Counted from the first letter of the stretch, positions 1 to 10,308 are shown. The stretch is DNA of 64,000 bases from Eubacteriales bacterium (GCA_045546975.1 JAZQDV010000010.1:333121-397120), one strand, 5' to 3'. Translations and numbers: made by a program. Notes: generated by a model not told the origin, from the sequence alone.

Positions 1-572
1 ATACTTAAAACTCTTGTTCTGATAACAATGTCAAAAAGAATTTCACTCTTGTTTTTCGTATAATCGCAACGAAGGTCAATATTTCTTCCTCGCGGTTTGA
101 TTTTTGCTTTTGAAAAAACAAATGACAGAAACGAGTTTGTTATTGCAGAAATTGCGCCGTATTCGATTGCAGTCTTGGCTGCATCATCTGATGCAACAAC
201 AACGCGAAGATTAAGCTTTGTAACCGTGAAACTACCGAGTAAGAAAAAAACACTTTTCAAAACTGCTGTCAGAAGGTCAAAAAAACGTTCGACTGTCCTA
301 CTGACAGGGTCGGTTTTAATCTCCTCACGGATAGCGTCTAAATCTATTATGCGCCTTATGAAGGGATTTGATTTCTTTTTCTTTTCCGTTCCTTGTTTTA
401 TTTTGTCAGGGGACTTCTTTTTCTTTGCAATATCAATCCCGAGGATACGGCAATATATAAGCGAGGCGGCACTGTTTGTGTTTTGAAAAATAACATTGAT
501 TGGCAAAGAAAGAACCGCAAAAGCAAAGAGGAGTATAGCTGCAACAATAGATATCAAGATATAATAATTCAT
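1..572 (-). CDS. hypothetical membrane protein, N-terminal part only (3' end runs off window start); DUF2953-like is a guess
   Basis: Minus-strand frame is open from the ATG at 570-572 (SD aaaggagg just upstream) to base 1 with no stop. N-terminal hydrophobic helix MNYYILISIVAAILLFAFAVL. Absent from the ORF track because no stop lies in the window. Confidence 0.5.
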   Translation of the reverse strand, partial: MNYYILISIVAAILLFAFAVLSLPINVIFQNTNSAASLIYCRILGIDIAKKKKSPDKIKQGTEKKKKSNPFIRRIIDLDAIREEIKTDPVSRTVERFFDLLTAVLKSVFFLLGSFTVTKLNLRVVVASDDAAKTAIEYGAISAITNSFLSFVFSKAKIKPRGRNIDLRCDYTKNKSEILFDIVIRTRVLS

Positions 573-691
573 TTTCTCCTCCTTTGGTCTTTTAAATCAT
601 TTTAACATTTTTGAACTATAAATGCAAGAATCAAGAGCTTGCGTTGACGCTATGAGCAAAAAATGATATACTTTATCTGAGGTGAGAAGCG

Positions 692-1252
692 GTGCTGGAA
701 ATTGGATTAATAAAGTATTTAAGTCCTCTTAATGCTGAAGAGGTCTCTTTTCTTGCGTCATTTTTAACTCCTTACTGTCTTGACAGAATCAATAAACAGA
801 AGAAAAAAGAAGAGTCAGACCGAAAACTCATTGCCTCAGCACTTACTGCTTCTATGATAAGGAAATATTTCGGAATACCGATAAGAGAACAAAAACTTGG
901 TGAAGGAGAGTTTGGCAAGCCGTACTTGGTAGGTTTTCCTGATGCACATTTTAATATAAGCCATTCAGGAAAATATATTATATGTGCGGTGTCTGATACC
1001 CCTGTTGGAGTTGATGTTGAGGAGATAAGACAGTTTAATCCGAAAGTAGCAAAGAGGTTTTTTTCAAAAAAGGTCCAGAAAAGTCTTTTAGATAGCGGAA
1101 ATAAAGACAGAGACTTTACGTGCGAGTGGGTGAAGCTTGAAGCAAACTTAAAACGGCTCGGCGTAGGACTAGCAAAAGGCTTTGGGTACAAAAACGGAGA
1201 AATAAAAATAATTGAACTTGATGATGCTTATATAGCAATTTCCAAAGCTTGA
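692..1252 (+). CDS. Sfp-type 4'-phosphopantetheinyl transferase
   Basis: Motifs FNISHSGKY, PVGVDVEE and C-terminal EWVKLEANLK (W-x-K-x-E-A) are typical of the Sfp/EntD PPTase family. Confidence 0.8.
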   Translation: MLEIGLIKYLSPLNAEEVSFLASFLTPYCLDRINKQKKKEESDRKLIASALTASMIRKYFGIPIREQKLGEGEFGKPYLVGFPDAHFNISHSGKYIICAVSDTPVGVDVEEIRQFNPKVAKRFFSKKVQKSLLDSGNKDRDFTCEWVKLEANLKRLGVGLAKGFGYKNGEIKIIELDDAYIAISKA

Positions 1253-1310
1253 AATCCATAAAAAAATCTGCTATACTAAAAGAAATACTACCGATAAGGG
1301 GAAATGTAAA

Positions 1311-1724
1311 ATGAAAAAAACATTAGCGATTCTTTTGGCGATTACAATGGTATTTGCGCTAGTAGCTTGTACGGGAAACGGGAAGTCTGCAGCGGCGGAA
1401 AAAGTTGCTACCTTTGTTGAAGAAAACAAAGATGTACTTCTCTCAACTATGGAAGAAAGTTTTGCAACTTCGTCAGGAATGACCTGCACATCCTCAATTA
1501 AAGCGGAGGACTGTGGTTTCGTCATTCATATCAACATAAACGACTTTGAAGATGTTTCAGATGAAATCAAGGTTGCTATGCAGGGAGCATATGACGCTTT
1601 AGATGAAACTTTTGAGAAAGCTCTTGATGAGATGCAGACTGAACTTCCGGAACTTGAATACTTTAAGATTCTTGTCTGTGAAAAAGACGGAGACGAGATT
1701 GCAACAATCCACGCAGGGAACTAA
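1311..1724 (+). CDS. small secreted lipoprotein of unknown function
   Basis: Signal peptide with lipobox (MKKTLAILLAITMVFALVAC). SD ggggaaatg upstream. Terminator follows. Confidence 0.6.
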   Translation: MKKTLAILLAITMVFALVACTGNGKSAAAEKVATFVEENKDVLLSTMEESFATSSGMTCTSSIKAEDCGFVIHININDFEDVSDEIKVAMQGAYDALDETFEKALDEMQTELPELEYFKILVCEKDGDEIATIHAGN

Positions 1725-1736
1725 ATAGAAACTTTA

Positions 1737-1765
1737 AGAAACACTCTTTTGAGTGTTTCTTTTTT
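1737..1765 (+). terminator. rho-independent terminator of the lipoprotein gene
   Basis: agaaacactc / tttt loop / gagtgtttct, followed by a T5 run. Confidence 0.7.
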
Positions 1766-1769
1766 ATAC

Positions 1770-1806
1770 AAAAAACGAGCCTTGTGTGCAAAAACACACA
1801 AGGCTC
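1770..1806 (-). terminator. rho-independent terminator of ppdK
   Basis: 12-bp stem gagccttgtgtg / cacacaaggctc. On the minus strand it is followed by a T-run (plus-strand A-run 1770-1775). Confidence 0.75.
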
Positions 1807-1837
1807 AAATATGTTTGGTTTTGCCTAAATTATTGCT

Positions 1838-4489
1838 TTACTTGCTCTCGGAAATAGCTGCCTGTGCTGCTGCAAGGCGTGCAATCGGAACGCGGAACGG
1901 TGAGCAAGAAACATAGTCGAGACCGATCTTATGGCAGAACTCAACTGATGTCGGGTCGCCACCGTGTTCGCCGCAGATACCAAGGTGGAGCTTTGAGTTA
2001 ACCGGCTTTGCAAGCTTGATAGCTGTTTCCATAAGCTTACCAACACCTGTCTGGTCAAGCTTTGCAAACGGATCGCTCTCAAAGATCTTTGCATCGTAGT
2101 ATGCAGAGAGGAACTTGCCTGCGTCGTCACGAGAGAAGCCGTATGTCATCTGAGTGAGGTCGTTTGTGCCGAAGCAGAAGAAGTCAGCTTCGGAAGCAAC
2201 TTCGTCAGCAGTAAGTGCTGCACGCGGAATCTCGATCATAGTACCAACTTCGTACTCAAGCTTTGCTCCTGCAGCTGCGATTTCAGCATCTGCAACCTCA
2301 ACAACGAACTTCTTGACGTACTTAAGCTCTTTGTTTTCACCAACGAGCGGAATCATGATTTCGGGCTTTACATCCCAATCAGGATGCTTCTTCTGAATGT
2401 TTATAGCTGCACGGATGACAGCAGCTGTCTGCATCTTTGCAATTTCAGGGTAGGTAACTGCAAGACGGCAGCCACGGTGACCCATCATCGGGTTGAACTC
2501 GTGGAGAGAAGCGATGATTTCCTTGATTGTATCAACGCTCTTACCCTGTGCCTTTGCAAGAGCTGCGATGTCCTCTTCTTCAGTAGGTACGAACTCGTGA
2601 AGCGGGGGATCGAGGAAGCGGATGCAAACCGGTGTGCCCTCAAGTGCCTCGAAGAGTGCCTCAAAGTCTGCCTGCTGCATCGGGAGAATCTTTGCAAGAG
2701 CAGCTTCTCTTTCTGCAACGGTCTCAGAGCAAATCATCTCGCGGAATGCTTCGATTCTGCCTGCCTCAAAGAACATGTGCTCTGTACGGCAAAGACCGAT
2801 GCCTTCTGCACCAAGCTCACGTGCCTTTTTAGCATCACGCGGAGTATCAGCGTTTGTACGGACCTTGAGCTTCCTGTACTTGTCAGCCCAAGCCATAATA
2901 CGTCCGAACTCACCTGCGATAACAGCATCAACTGTCGGTATGATACCGTCGTAGATGTTACCTGTGGAACCGTCGATGGAGATGGGGTCTCCTTCGTGGA
3001 ATGTCTTTCCTGCGAGCTCAAACTTCTTGTTTTCTTCATCCATCTTGATATCGCCACAGCCGGATACACAGCAAGTACCCATACCGCGAGCAACAACAGC
3101 TGCGTGAGATGTCATACCGCCACGTACTGTGAGGATACCCTGAGATGCCTTCATACCTGTAATGTCCTCAGGTGAAGTTTCAAGACGAACGAGAACAACC
3201 TTTTCGCCACGTGCCTTCCAAGCTTCTGCGTCATCAGCAGTAAATACTATCTTACCGCAAGCAGCGCCCGGGGAAGCACCAAGACCCTTGCCGATAGGTG
3301 TAGCAGCCTTAAGTGCCTTAGCGTCAAACTGCGGGTGGAGAAGTGTGTCGAGGTTTCTCGGGTCAATCATAAGAACAGCTTCCTGTTCTGTCTTCATACC
3401 TTCGTCAACGAGGTCACAAGCGATCTTTAGAGCAGCCTGAGCAGTTCTCTTACCGTTACGTGTCTGGAGCATATAGAGCTTTTCGTTCTCGACGGTGAAC
3501 TCCATATCCTGCATATCGTGATAATGAGCTTCAAGCTTTGCGCAAACAGCCTTGAATTCGGCGAATGCAGCAGGGAACTTCTGCTCCATTTCATCAATCT
3601 TCATCGGAGTGCGGACGCCGGCAACAACGTCTTCGCCCTGTGCGTTTACGAGGAACTCACCCATGAGCTTCTTCTCACCTGTAGCAGGGTCACGTGTAAA
3701 TGCAACACCTGTACCGCACTTGTCGCCCATGTTACCGAATGCCATCATTTGTACGTTGACAGCTGTACCCCAGGAGTAGGGGATATCGTTGTCACGTCTG
3801 TAAACGTTAGCACGGGGGTTGTCCCATGAACGGAAAACAGCCTTTACAGCGCCGAGAAGCTGTTCTGTCGGGTCTGACGGGAAGTCAACACCGATCTTGG
3901 ACTTATACTCAGCACGGAACTGGATTGAAAGCTCTTTGAGGTCATCAGCAGTGAGGTCGAGGTCGGATGTAACGCCTTTTTCTTCCTTCATCTTGTCGAT
4001 GAGCTGCTCAAAGTACTTTTTGCCGACTTCCATAACAACGTCGGAGTACATCTGGATAAATCTTCTGTAGCAGTCCCAAGCCCATCTCGGGTTACCGGAC
4101 TTCTTAGCCATAACCTCAACAACATCTTCGTTAAGACCGAGGTTGAGGATGGTATCCATCATACCGGGCATTGAAGCTCTTGCGCCGGAACGAACAGAAA
4201 CGAGAAGCGGGTTCTCGTTATCACCGAATTTCTTACCGCAAATTTCTTCGAGCTTCTTCATGTGCTCTAAAATCTGGCTCTCGATTTCAGGAGCAATCTT
4301 CTCTCCGTCATCGTAGTAGCGTGTGCAAGCTTCCGTAGTGACCGTAAATCCCTGCGGAACGGGCATACCGAGGCTTGTCATCTCGGCGAGGTTTGCGCCT
4401 TTACCACCGAGGAGATTACGCATTGTGCCGTTACCCTCGGAGAATAAATAAACGTACTTTGTACCCAAATTTATCATTCCTTTCTTCAA
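1838..4489 (-). CDS. ppdK: pyruvate, phosphate dikinase
   Basis: ~880 aa. N-terminus KYVYLFSEGNGTMRNLLGGKGANLAEMT, phospho-His region GGMTSHAAVVARG, and C-terminal PEP-utilising TIM-barrel motifs GTNDLTQ and CGEHGGDP. The true start may be a few codons downstream of the listed one. Confidence 0.95.
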   Translation of the reverse strand: MKKGMINLGTKYVYLFSEGNGTMRNLLGGKGANLAEMTSLGMPVPQGFTVTTEACTRYYDDGEKIAPEIESQILEHMKKLEEICGKKFGDNENPLLVSVRSGARASMPGMMDTILNLGLNEDVVEVMAKKSGNPRWAWDCYRRFIQMYSDVVMEVGKKYFEQLIDKMKEEKGVTSDLDLTADDLKELSIQFRAEYKSKIGVDFPSDPTEQLLGAVKAVFRSWDNPRANVYRRDNDIPYSWGTAVNVQMMAFGNMGDKCGTGVAFTRDPATGEKKLMGEFLVNAQGEDVVAGVRTPMKIDEMEQKFPAAFAEFKAVCAKLEAHYHDMQDMEFTVENEKLYMLQTRNGKRTAQAALKIACDLVDEGMKTEQEAVLMIDPRNLDTLLHPQFDAKALKAATPIGKGLGASPGAACGKIVFTADDAEAWKARGEKVVLVRLETSPEDITGMKASQGILTVRGGMTSHAAVVARGMGTCCVSGCGDIKMDEENKKFELAGKTFHEGDPISIDGSTGNIYDGIIPTVDAVIAGEFGRIMAWADKYRKLKVRTNADTPRDAKKARELGAEGIGLCRTEHMFFEAGRIEAFREMICSETVAEREAALAKILPMQQADFEALFEALEGTPVCIRFLDPPLHEFVPTEEEDIAALAKAQGKSVDTIKEIIASLHEFNPMMGHRGCRLAVTYPEIAKMQTAAVIRAAINIQKKHPDWDVKPEIMIPLVGENKELKYVKKFVVEVADAEIAAAGAKLEYEVGTMIEIPRAALTADEVASEADFFCFGTNDLTQMTYGFSRDDAGKFLSAYYDAKIFESDPFAKLDQTGVGKLMETAIKLAKPVNSKLHLGICGEHGGDPTSVEFCHKIGLDYVSCSPFRVPIARLAAAQAAISESK

Positions 4490-4525
4490 TTTATACTAGT
4501 ATAACATAAATTGAAAGAAATTTCC

Positions 4526-4566
4526 ACAAAAAAAATATTGCTCGTTTGAAAAAAACGAGCAATATT
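4526..4566 (-). terminator. rho-independent terminator after the carboxypeptidase gene
   Basis: 14-bp stem aatattgctcgttt / aaacgagcaatatt. On the minus strand a T8 run follows (plus-strand A-run 4526-4533). Confidence 0.75.
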
Positions 4567-4568
4567 TT

Positions 4569-5711
4569 TTATCTGATAAAAAGAGCGGAAAGAAAAGCGT
4601 TAAAAATATCACCAAAACCAAGGCGATTTACATCGTTTTTGCAAATTATGGGAACTTCACAGAGGAAAACGTCTTCTGAAAAAATTTTTATATTTCCTAC
4701 AATTTCACCTTTTTTGAGGGGTGCTTTTACCTCGTTTGGGAGATTTATTTCTTTTTTTATTGAAGAAACCTTAGATTTTTCAACAAGTGTTGAGGGGGTC
4801 GCGCCAAACTCCAACCCAACAGTTTCTTCTTTGCCAAACAGCACGGGAAGTTCTGGGGTTTCAAGCTCTTCAGCAATACTCAAAAGAGCAAAATTTGCAA
4901 ACCCATAATCTAAAAGCTTTGAAGCATCTGCAAATCTTTCTTTTGCTGTTGGCGCGCCCATAATGGTAGCAATAAGCTCCATTCCGTCACGCTCTGCGGT
5001 AGCAGAAAGGCAAAACTTTGCAACCGAGGTTGAACCTGTTTTGAGCCCTGTAATTCCTCGATATGTACGTATAAGCTTATTGGTGTTTGAAAGCATAAAC
5101 TTACCGTCGCGTATAGAGTCCATCCATATCGTTGTATATTTTTTTATCTCGCTGTGTTTTATAAGTTCACGTGACATAAGCGCAATATCATATGCCGTCG
5201 TGAGGTGACCTTCAACATCAAGACCTGTGCAGTTTTTGAAGGTTGTGTTTTCCATACCGAGTTCTTTTGCTTTTTCGTTCATAAGAGATACGAAACCTTC
5301 TTCGCTTCCCGCTATGTGTTCTGCCAGGGCAACTGCACTGTCATTTCCTGATGAGATTACAGTTGACTTGAGAAGGTCAAGAACGCTGATCGTTTCACCG
5401 GGAGACAAAAACACCTGTGATCCTCCCATACCGGCTGCGTGTTCGCTTACAGAAACCGTATCTTCTAATGAGATCTTTCCGTTGTCAAGAGCTTCCATAA
5501 CAAGAAGAAGTGTCATTACCTTTGTTACGCTTGCGGGAGGACGTTTAGTATGAGCATCCTTTTCGCATATAAGCTTTCCTGTGTCACGCTCCATAAGGAC
5601 ATAAGAAGGTGCTACTGTTTCAGGTGCTGCAGGAACTGCAAAAACAGCAGAAGTTAAAGAAAGTACAACTAATACAGAACTAATAAACCGTTTCAAAATA
5701 CATACCTCCAA
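4569..5711 (-). CDS. D-alanyl-D-alanine carboxypeptidase (serine peptidase S11, low-MW PBP)
   Basis: Signal peptide. The three PBP motifs are present: SVTK (SxxK), SGND (SxN) and KTGST (KTG). Confidence 0.9.
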   Translation of the reverse strand: MEVCILKRFISSVLVVLSLTSAVFAVPAAPETVAPSYVLMERDTGKLICEKDAHTKRPPASVTKVMTLLLVMEALDNGKISLEDTVSVSEHAAGMGGSQVFLSPGETISVLDLLKSTVISSGNDSAVALAEHIAGSEEGFVSLMNEKAKELGMENTTFKNCTGLDVEGHLTTAYDIALMSRELIKHSEIKKYTTIWMDSIRDGKFMLSNTNKLIRTYRGITGLKTGSTSVAKFCLSATAERDGMELIATIMGAPTAKERFADASKLLDYGFANFALLSIAEELETPELPVLFGKEETVGLEFGATPSTLVEKSKVSSIKKEINLPNEVKAPLKKGEIVGNIKIFSEDVFLCEVPIICKNDVNRLGFGDIFNAFLSALFIR

Positions 5712-5802
5712 TCAACTAAATAATATGATAGAAAACGAGATATATGCATATTCACTTTTTGAATTGCCAGGTCATATTATGGTGTGAAAGGAGATAAGAA
5801 AA

Positions 5803-6057
5803 ATGAACGAGATATATCTGACTGTGCATTCGCTCACAAACGCGCAAAAAATGAAAAAAATTATTACAAATAGCAGAATTAATGCAAAAATTGTACGTCC
5901 CGAACTCTCGCTTTCCGAAAAAGGATGTGCATATGCAATCTTGATTTCCGAGAAGGTCTTCGCCGAAACAATTGAAATCCTTGAAAGACATAGGAGTATG
6001 CCGATTCGTGCATTTCTTAAAAACGAATACGGAGAGGTGCGGGAAATAAACCTATGA
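5803..6057 (+). CDS. DUF3343-like small protein (putative S/Se carrier partner of the downstream desulfurase)
   Basis: 84 aa. Its stop overlaps the next gene's start by 4 nt (atga). Size and pairing with a class-V aminotransferase fit DUF3343. Confidence 0.55.
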   Translation: MNEIYLTVHSLTNAQKMKKIITNSRINAKIVRPELSLSEKGCAYAILISEKVFAETIEILERHRSMPIRAFLKNEYGEVREINL

Positions 6058-7193
6058 TCTATCTTGATAATGCCGCTACAACACTAAAGAAGCCAAAAGC
6101 TGTAAAAAGGGCAATGATGAAGGCTTTTGACCTTGCAAGTAATGCGGGAAGAGGCGGATATGACGGTGCAAATATTGCCGGAGAATATATTTTTACCGCG
6201 CGAGAAAAAGCAGCGGAACTTTTTGGCGTAGAGGATTGTTCAAATGTCATTTTTTCGTATAACGCAACGCACGCACTGAACATGGCAATAAAGGGAATTG
6301 CAAGAAAAAACACACACTGCGTTGTCTCAGGATATGAGCACAACTCCGTAACACGCCCTGTGACCGCTCTTGCAAAGGACGGTGTGACATACTCGGTTGC
6401 AAGAGGAAAGCTCTTTTGCCCCCAGGAAATAATTGAAAATTTCGAGGCCTCAATAGAGAAAAAAACCGGTTTTGCTGTATGCACACATGTATCTAACGCT
6501 TTCGGGTATATTTTGCCTGTTTTTGAAATAGACGAGCTGTGTTTCAAACACGGAATCCCGCTTATTATAGATGCATCACAGTCTGCGGGGAACATCGATA
6601 TAAAAATGAACCGATTGAAAGCGACTGTTTGTATCTGCGCTCCCGGTCATAAGGGACTTTACGGACCTCAGGGAACAGGTGTTCTCATCTGTCGTGACGG
6701 AAGGGAACTTGCAACGATAATTGAGGGCGGAACGGGAAGTATGTCAAATGAAACGGAACAACCAAATGAACTTCCCGATAAACTTGAAAGCGGAACGATG
6801 AATGTTCCTGCTATTGCGGGGATTTCTGAAGGAATATCATACGTATTGAAGAGAAAGCCGGAAAATATTTTTGAACACGAACAGATGATTATCGAATATC
6901 TTGTATCAGAACTCAGGAAAATGCAGGGAATAAAGCTCTTCGTTTCAGAGGAAAAGAGTTTGCAAAGCGGTGTACTGTCATTCAGTGTGGACGGGGTATC
7001 ACCTGAGCGGATTTCCGAACTTTTGAATTCTCGGAAAATCGCAGTGCGAAGCGGAAAACACTGTGCTGCGCTTGCTCACGAAACGGTCGGGACGGAACTC
7101 GGTACGGTACGTGTAAGTGTGAGTGACTTTACATTAAAAAATGAAGTGGAATTTTTTATTAAAGCTATGTTTGACATTGTCAAGAAAATTTAA
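6054..7193 (+). CDS. class V aminotransferase / cysteine desulfurase family protein
   Basis: N-terminus MIYLDNAATT, PLP-lysine context APGHKGLYGPQG, and catalytic-Cys context SGKHCA. Confidence 0.8.
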   Translation: MIYLDNAATTLKKPKAVKRAMMKAFDLASNAGRGGYDGANIAGEYIFTAREKAAELFGVEDCSNVIFSYNATHALNMAIKGIARKNTHCVVSGYEHNSVTRPVTALAKDGVTYSVARGKLFCPQEIIENFEASIEKKTGFAVCTHVSNAFGYILPVFEIDELCFKHGIPLIIDASQSAGNIDIKMNRLKATVCICAPGHKGLYGPQGTGVLICRDGRELATIIEGGTGSMSNETEQPNELPDKLESGTMNVPAIAGISEGISYVLKRKPENIFEHEQMIIEYLVSELRKMQGIKLFVSEEKSLQSGVLSFSVDGVSPERISELLNSRKIAVRSGKHCAALAHETVGTELGTVRVSVSDFTLKNEVEFFIKAMFDIVKKI

Positions 7194-7294
7194 CGAAATT
7201 TTTCTCTTAAAATCTGTAAAAAACACTTTTCAAAACGTGTCTTCTTATGTTATTATATAATAGTACAAAAGTCGAAGGGTGGAGAGGTTCAACC

Positions 7295-8155
7295 ATGAAT
7301 TTTTTGAATGAAGCAGTAAGATACTTCAAAATGTTTGGCATTGGTGATGCTGTAGACATTTTGATAGTTGCGTATATCATCTATAAATTAATAACCTTTT
7401 CACGTCGCACAAATGCAGGACAAGTTTTCAAAGGAATTGCAGTTTTGCTGATTGTTGCGTGGGTCTCAAAGTTCTTAAGGCTTAATCTTTTAAGCTTCCT
7501 TTTGACTAAAACCCTTGAGATTGGTTTACTTGCGCTGGTTGTTTTGTTTCAGCCCGAACTACGTAAAGCGTTTGAGAAAATGGGAAGCAAGGGGTTTTCA
7601 CAATTCTATTCGGACCGCGGAACTTCTCCTACTGAACTTGAAAATGCTATAATTCAGACTGTTGAAGCCTGCAAGAGTCTTTCGTGGTCGAGGACCGGAG
7701 CACTTATTGTTTTTGAACGTGAAATTCTTCTCTCCAATATTGCAAAGACAGGAACAGCGATTGATGCCAAAGTAAACGCGGAACTTCTGAAAAATGTATT
7801 TTTTCCGAATTCGCCGCTTCATGACGGTGCTTTGATTATACAGAAAGGCAGAATAGCAGCTGCGGGATGTATGCTTCCGCTTTCCGGAAATGCAAATATA
7901 AGCAAGCAACTCGGAATGCGCCACAGGGCCGGCGTCGGTATGAGCGAAAACTCCGATTCCGTAGTGGTTGTTGTTTCCGAAGAAACAGGTTCAGTTTCTG
8001 TAGCGATCGGAGGAATGCTCAAACGCCACCTTGCTCCGGAAACACTCGAGAAGCTTTTGCGGAATGAATTAATGCCCAAGACAGATGAAGTAAAAAAAGA
8101 AAACGTCATTTTCAGTTTCCTTTTCAGAAAAAAAGAAACTGAAAAGAAAGATTAA
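7295..8155 (+). CDS. cdaA: diadenylate cyclase CdaA (c-di-AMP synthase)
   Basis: Three N-terminal TM helices followed by a DAC domain with motifs DGALII and RHRAGVGMSENSDSVVVVVSEETGSVS. Start moved to ATG 7295 (SD gggtggagagg). Confidence 0.9.
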   Translation: MNFLNEAVRYFKMFGIGDAVDILIVAYIIYKLITFSRRTNAGQVFKGIAVLLIVAWVSKFLRLNLLSFLLTKTLEIGLLALVVLFQPELRKAFEKMGSKGFSQFYSDRGTSPTELENAIIQTVEACKSLSWSRTGALIVFEREILLSNIAKTGTAIDAKVNAELLKNVFFPNSPLHDGALIIQKGRIAAAGCMLPLSGNANISKQLGMRHRAGVGMSENSDSVVVVVSEETGSVSVAIGGMLKRHLAPETLEKLLRNELMPKTDEVKKENVIFSFLFRKKETEKKD

Positions 8156-8173
8156 AGAAAGGAAGTCGCGGAA

Positions 8174-9406
8174 ATGACATGGTTAAAAAAGCATGATGTA
8201 TTTACAAAAGCGATTGCTTTTCTTGTAGCTTTAGGTCTTTGGTTTGTTGTTGTAAACGTCGATGATATTGACGAAACTCACACCTTTAAGTCTATTGAAC
8301 CTGTTTTTCAGGGTAAGGACGAGCTTAGTGCTTCGAAAAATTTACTTATAGTCGGTAAGTATACGGTCGACATTGAACTGTCGGGTAAAAGAGGCGACTT
8401 GCTCGCTCTGAATCAGGATGAAATCAAGGTTGCGGTTGATGTTTCCAAAATTACCGGAGCAGGAACGTATTCGCTTCCGTATACAGTAACACTCCCGTCC
8501 GATACTTTTACGCTCAGGAACAAAAAACCGAGCACACTTTCAGTAAAAATCGATAAAGAAGATATAGATGTTGTACCCGTAAAGGTTATGACTGACGGAA
8601 TCACTGCTGACGGTTACACAGTAGATGCTGCAAAGGTAAATATTCATCCGACGGAATTGAAGATTACAGGACTTCAGGAGGAAATTGAAAAGATTTCCTA
8701 TGCGCAAGCAGAGCTTGAGGCTAAAAACATAAAAACAACACTTACTGAAAAAGTTCCTTACAGCTTCTATGATAAAGAGGGAAATTTACTTAAATCGGTA
8801 TCTTCAATCAGTGCGGATTATTCTTCTATAGACGTTATTGTTCCTGTTTTGAAGATTAAAGATCTTCCGCTGACGCTTGAAGTGGCGGAGGGCGACGATT
8901 TTACGGAATATGTTAAGTATACCTTCAACCCGAAGACTGTAAAGGTGGCGGGTGAGGAGGGCATCATTGATGCCATGACAAGCCTTGTCGTCGGGCAGGT
9001 CAGTATTTCAGATGCTTCGGGAGAAACGGAAAGGACGTTTGAACTCACGCTTCCGGACGGAGTTATCAATATGAGCAATACAAATGAAGCGACGGCTAAA
9101 ATTAAGCTTGACGGACTTACAACAAAAACCGTAAAAGCAACTCTTATTGAGCTTTCGAACATAAATACGCTTCCGGACGGTTACAGAATAAAACCTGTTA
9201 CAACGAGCCTTGATGTAAGTATAGTAGGAAAGGCAGAAGACTTAAAAGACATAGATAGTACAAATGTTCGTGTTATAGTTGATTTGAAGTCAACCGTCTT
9301 AAGCAGAGGAACGCATCCGGTAAAAGCAACGGTAGTAATTGAAAATAAAAAGGATGTAAAGGTTGTAAATTCTGACAGCTATTTTATTCAGGTAAATGTT
9401 CAATAA
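8174..9406 (+). CDS. cdaR: CdaR / YbbR-domain regulator of CdaA
   Basis: N-terminal TM helix, repeated beta-rich YbbR-like segments, and a position immediately downstream of cdaA. Confidence 0.75.
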   Translation: MTWLKKHDVFTKAIAFLVALGLWFVVVNVDDIDETHTFKSIEPVFQGKDELSASKNLLIVGKYTVDIELSGKRGDLLALNQDEIKVAVDVSKITGAGTYSLPYTVTLPSDTFTLRNKKPSTLSVKIDKEDIDVVPVKVMTDGITADGYTVDAAKVNIHPTELKITGLQEEIEKISYAQAELEAKNIKTTLTEKVPYSFYDKEGNLLKSVSSISADYSSIDVIVPVLKIKDLPLTLEVAEGDDFTEYVKYTFNPKTVKVAGEEGIIDAMTSLVVGQVSISDASGETERTFELTLPDGVINMSNTNEATAKIKLDGLTTKTVKATLIELSNINTLPDGYRIKPVTTSLDVSIVGKAEDLKDIDSTNVRVIVDLKSTVLSRGTHPVKATVVIENKKDVKVVNSDSYFIQVNVQ

Positions 9407-9429
9407 TTAAGGAAGCAGAGGAAAAAACT

Positions 9430-10308
9430 ATGATAAAAAGTATGACGGGGTACGGACGTGCGTTTGATACCTTGAATATGCGCGGCATTACAGTTGAAGT
9501 AAGAAGCGTTAATCACAGGTTCCTTGACGCTACCGTAAAAGCGCCGAGAGCATACGCCTTTCTTGACGATGCAATAAAAGCTACATTATCCCAGTTTGTT
9601 GCGCGCGGAAAAACAGATGTTTTCATAACGATCGATAACACTGAGGCAGAGAAGGTAAACGTAAAAATAAATGAAGCTTTGCTTTCGGGATATATTGAGG
9701 CATACAAGAAACTTAATGCTGAGTTTAACCTTCCGGGTACAATGTCCGCATCCGAAGCTATGAGAATCCCGGACGTTCTCTCTATTGAGAAGGAAGAAGC
9801 TGATGCCGACGAGCTTTCTGCGGATGTTCTCGCAGTTCTCACCGAGGCGCTCAAGTCACATTCGGAAATGAGGGTGAAAGAAGGCTCTCGTCTTGCAGAT
9901 GACATCCTTTCAAGACTTTCGTATATCGAGATGCTTGTCACAAAGGTTGAGGGAAAATCACCGAAGTGTGTTGAAGAATATAGGGAAAAGCTTGAGACAA
10001 GAATGAAAGAGGTTCTTGAGTCTGCGATGATTGACCAGCAGAGAATTCTTACCGAAGCCGCGATTTTCGCAGATAAGATAGCAGTTGATGAGGAAACGGT
10101 ACGTCTTCGCAGTCACATTGCACAATTCAGAGAAATGATAGCTAATGGTGGCCCGATAGGAAGAAAACTTGATTTTCTTGTTCAGGAATTAAACCGCGAG
10201 GTCAACACAATTGGATCCAAGGCAAATGATCTTGAGATAACATCAACCGTTGTTGATATAAAAGCGGAAATCGAAAAGATAAGAGAACAGGTCCAGAATA
10301 TTGAGTAA
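9430..10308 (+). CDS. yicC: YicC/YloC family protein (stress-induced endoribonuclease family)
   Basis: N-terminus MIKSMTGYGRA...VEVRSVNHRFLD and C-terminus EQVQNIE are typical of YicC_N/DUF1732. Confidence 0.85.
   Translation: MIKSMTGYGRAFDTLNMRGITVEVRSVNHRFLDATVKAPRAYAFLDDAIKATLSQFVARGKTDVFITIDNTEAEKVNVKINEALLSGYIEAYKKLNAEFNLPGTMSASEAMRIPDVLSIEKEEADADELSADVLAVLTEALKSHSEMRVKEGSRLADDILSRLSYIEMLVTKVEGKSPKCVEEYREKLETRMKEVLESAMIDQQRILTEAAIFADKIAVDEETVRLRSHIAQFREMIANGGPIGRKLDFLVQELNREVNTIGSKANDLEITSTVVDIKAEIEKIREQVQNIE

Noticed and set aside
97-486. 129-aa plus-strand ORF at the window start
   Set aside because: It is low-complexity with poly-F/K runs and has no SD. It lies antisense to a better minus-strand frame that has a strong SD, an ATG at 570-572 and no stop down to base 1.
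2384-3175. 263-aa plus-strand ORF, and several other ORFs of 60-120 aa, inside 1838-4489
   Set aside because: They are antisense shadows within the unmistakable pyruvate phosphate dikinase gene. They have Cys/Ser-rich, non-protein-like composition.
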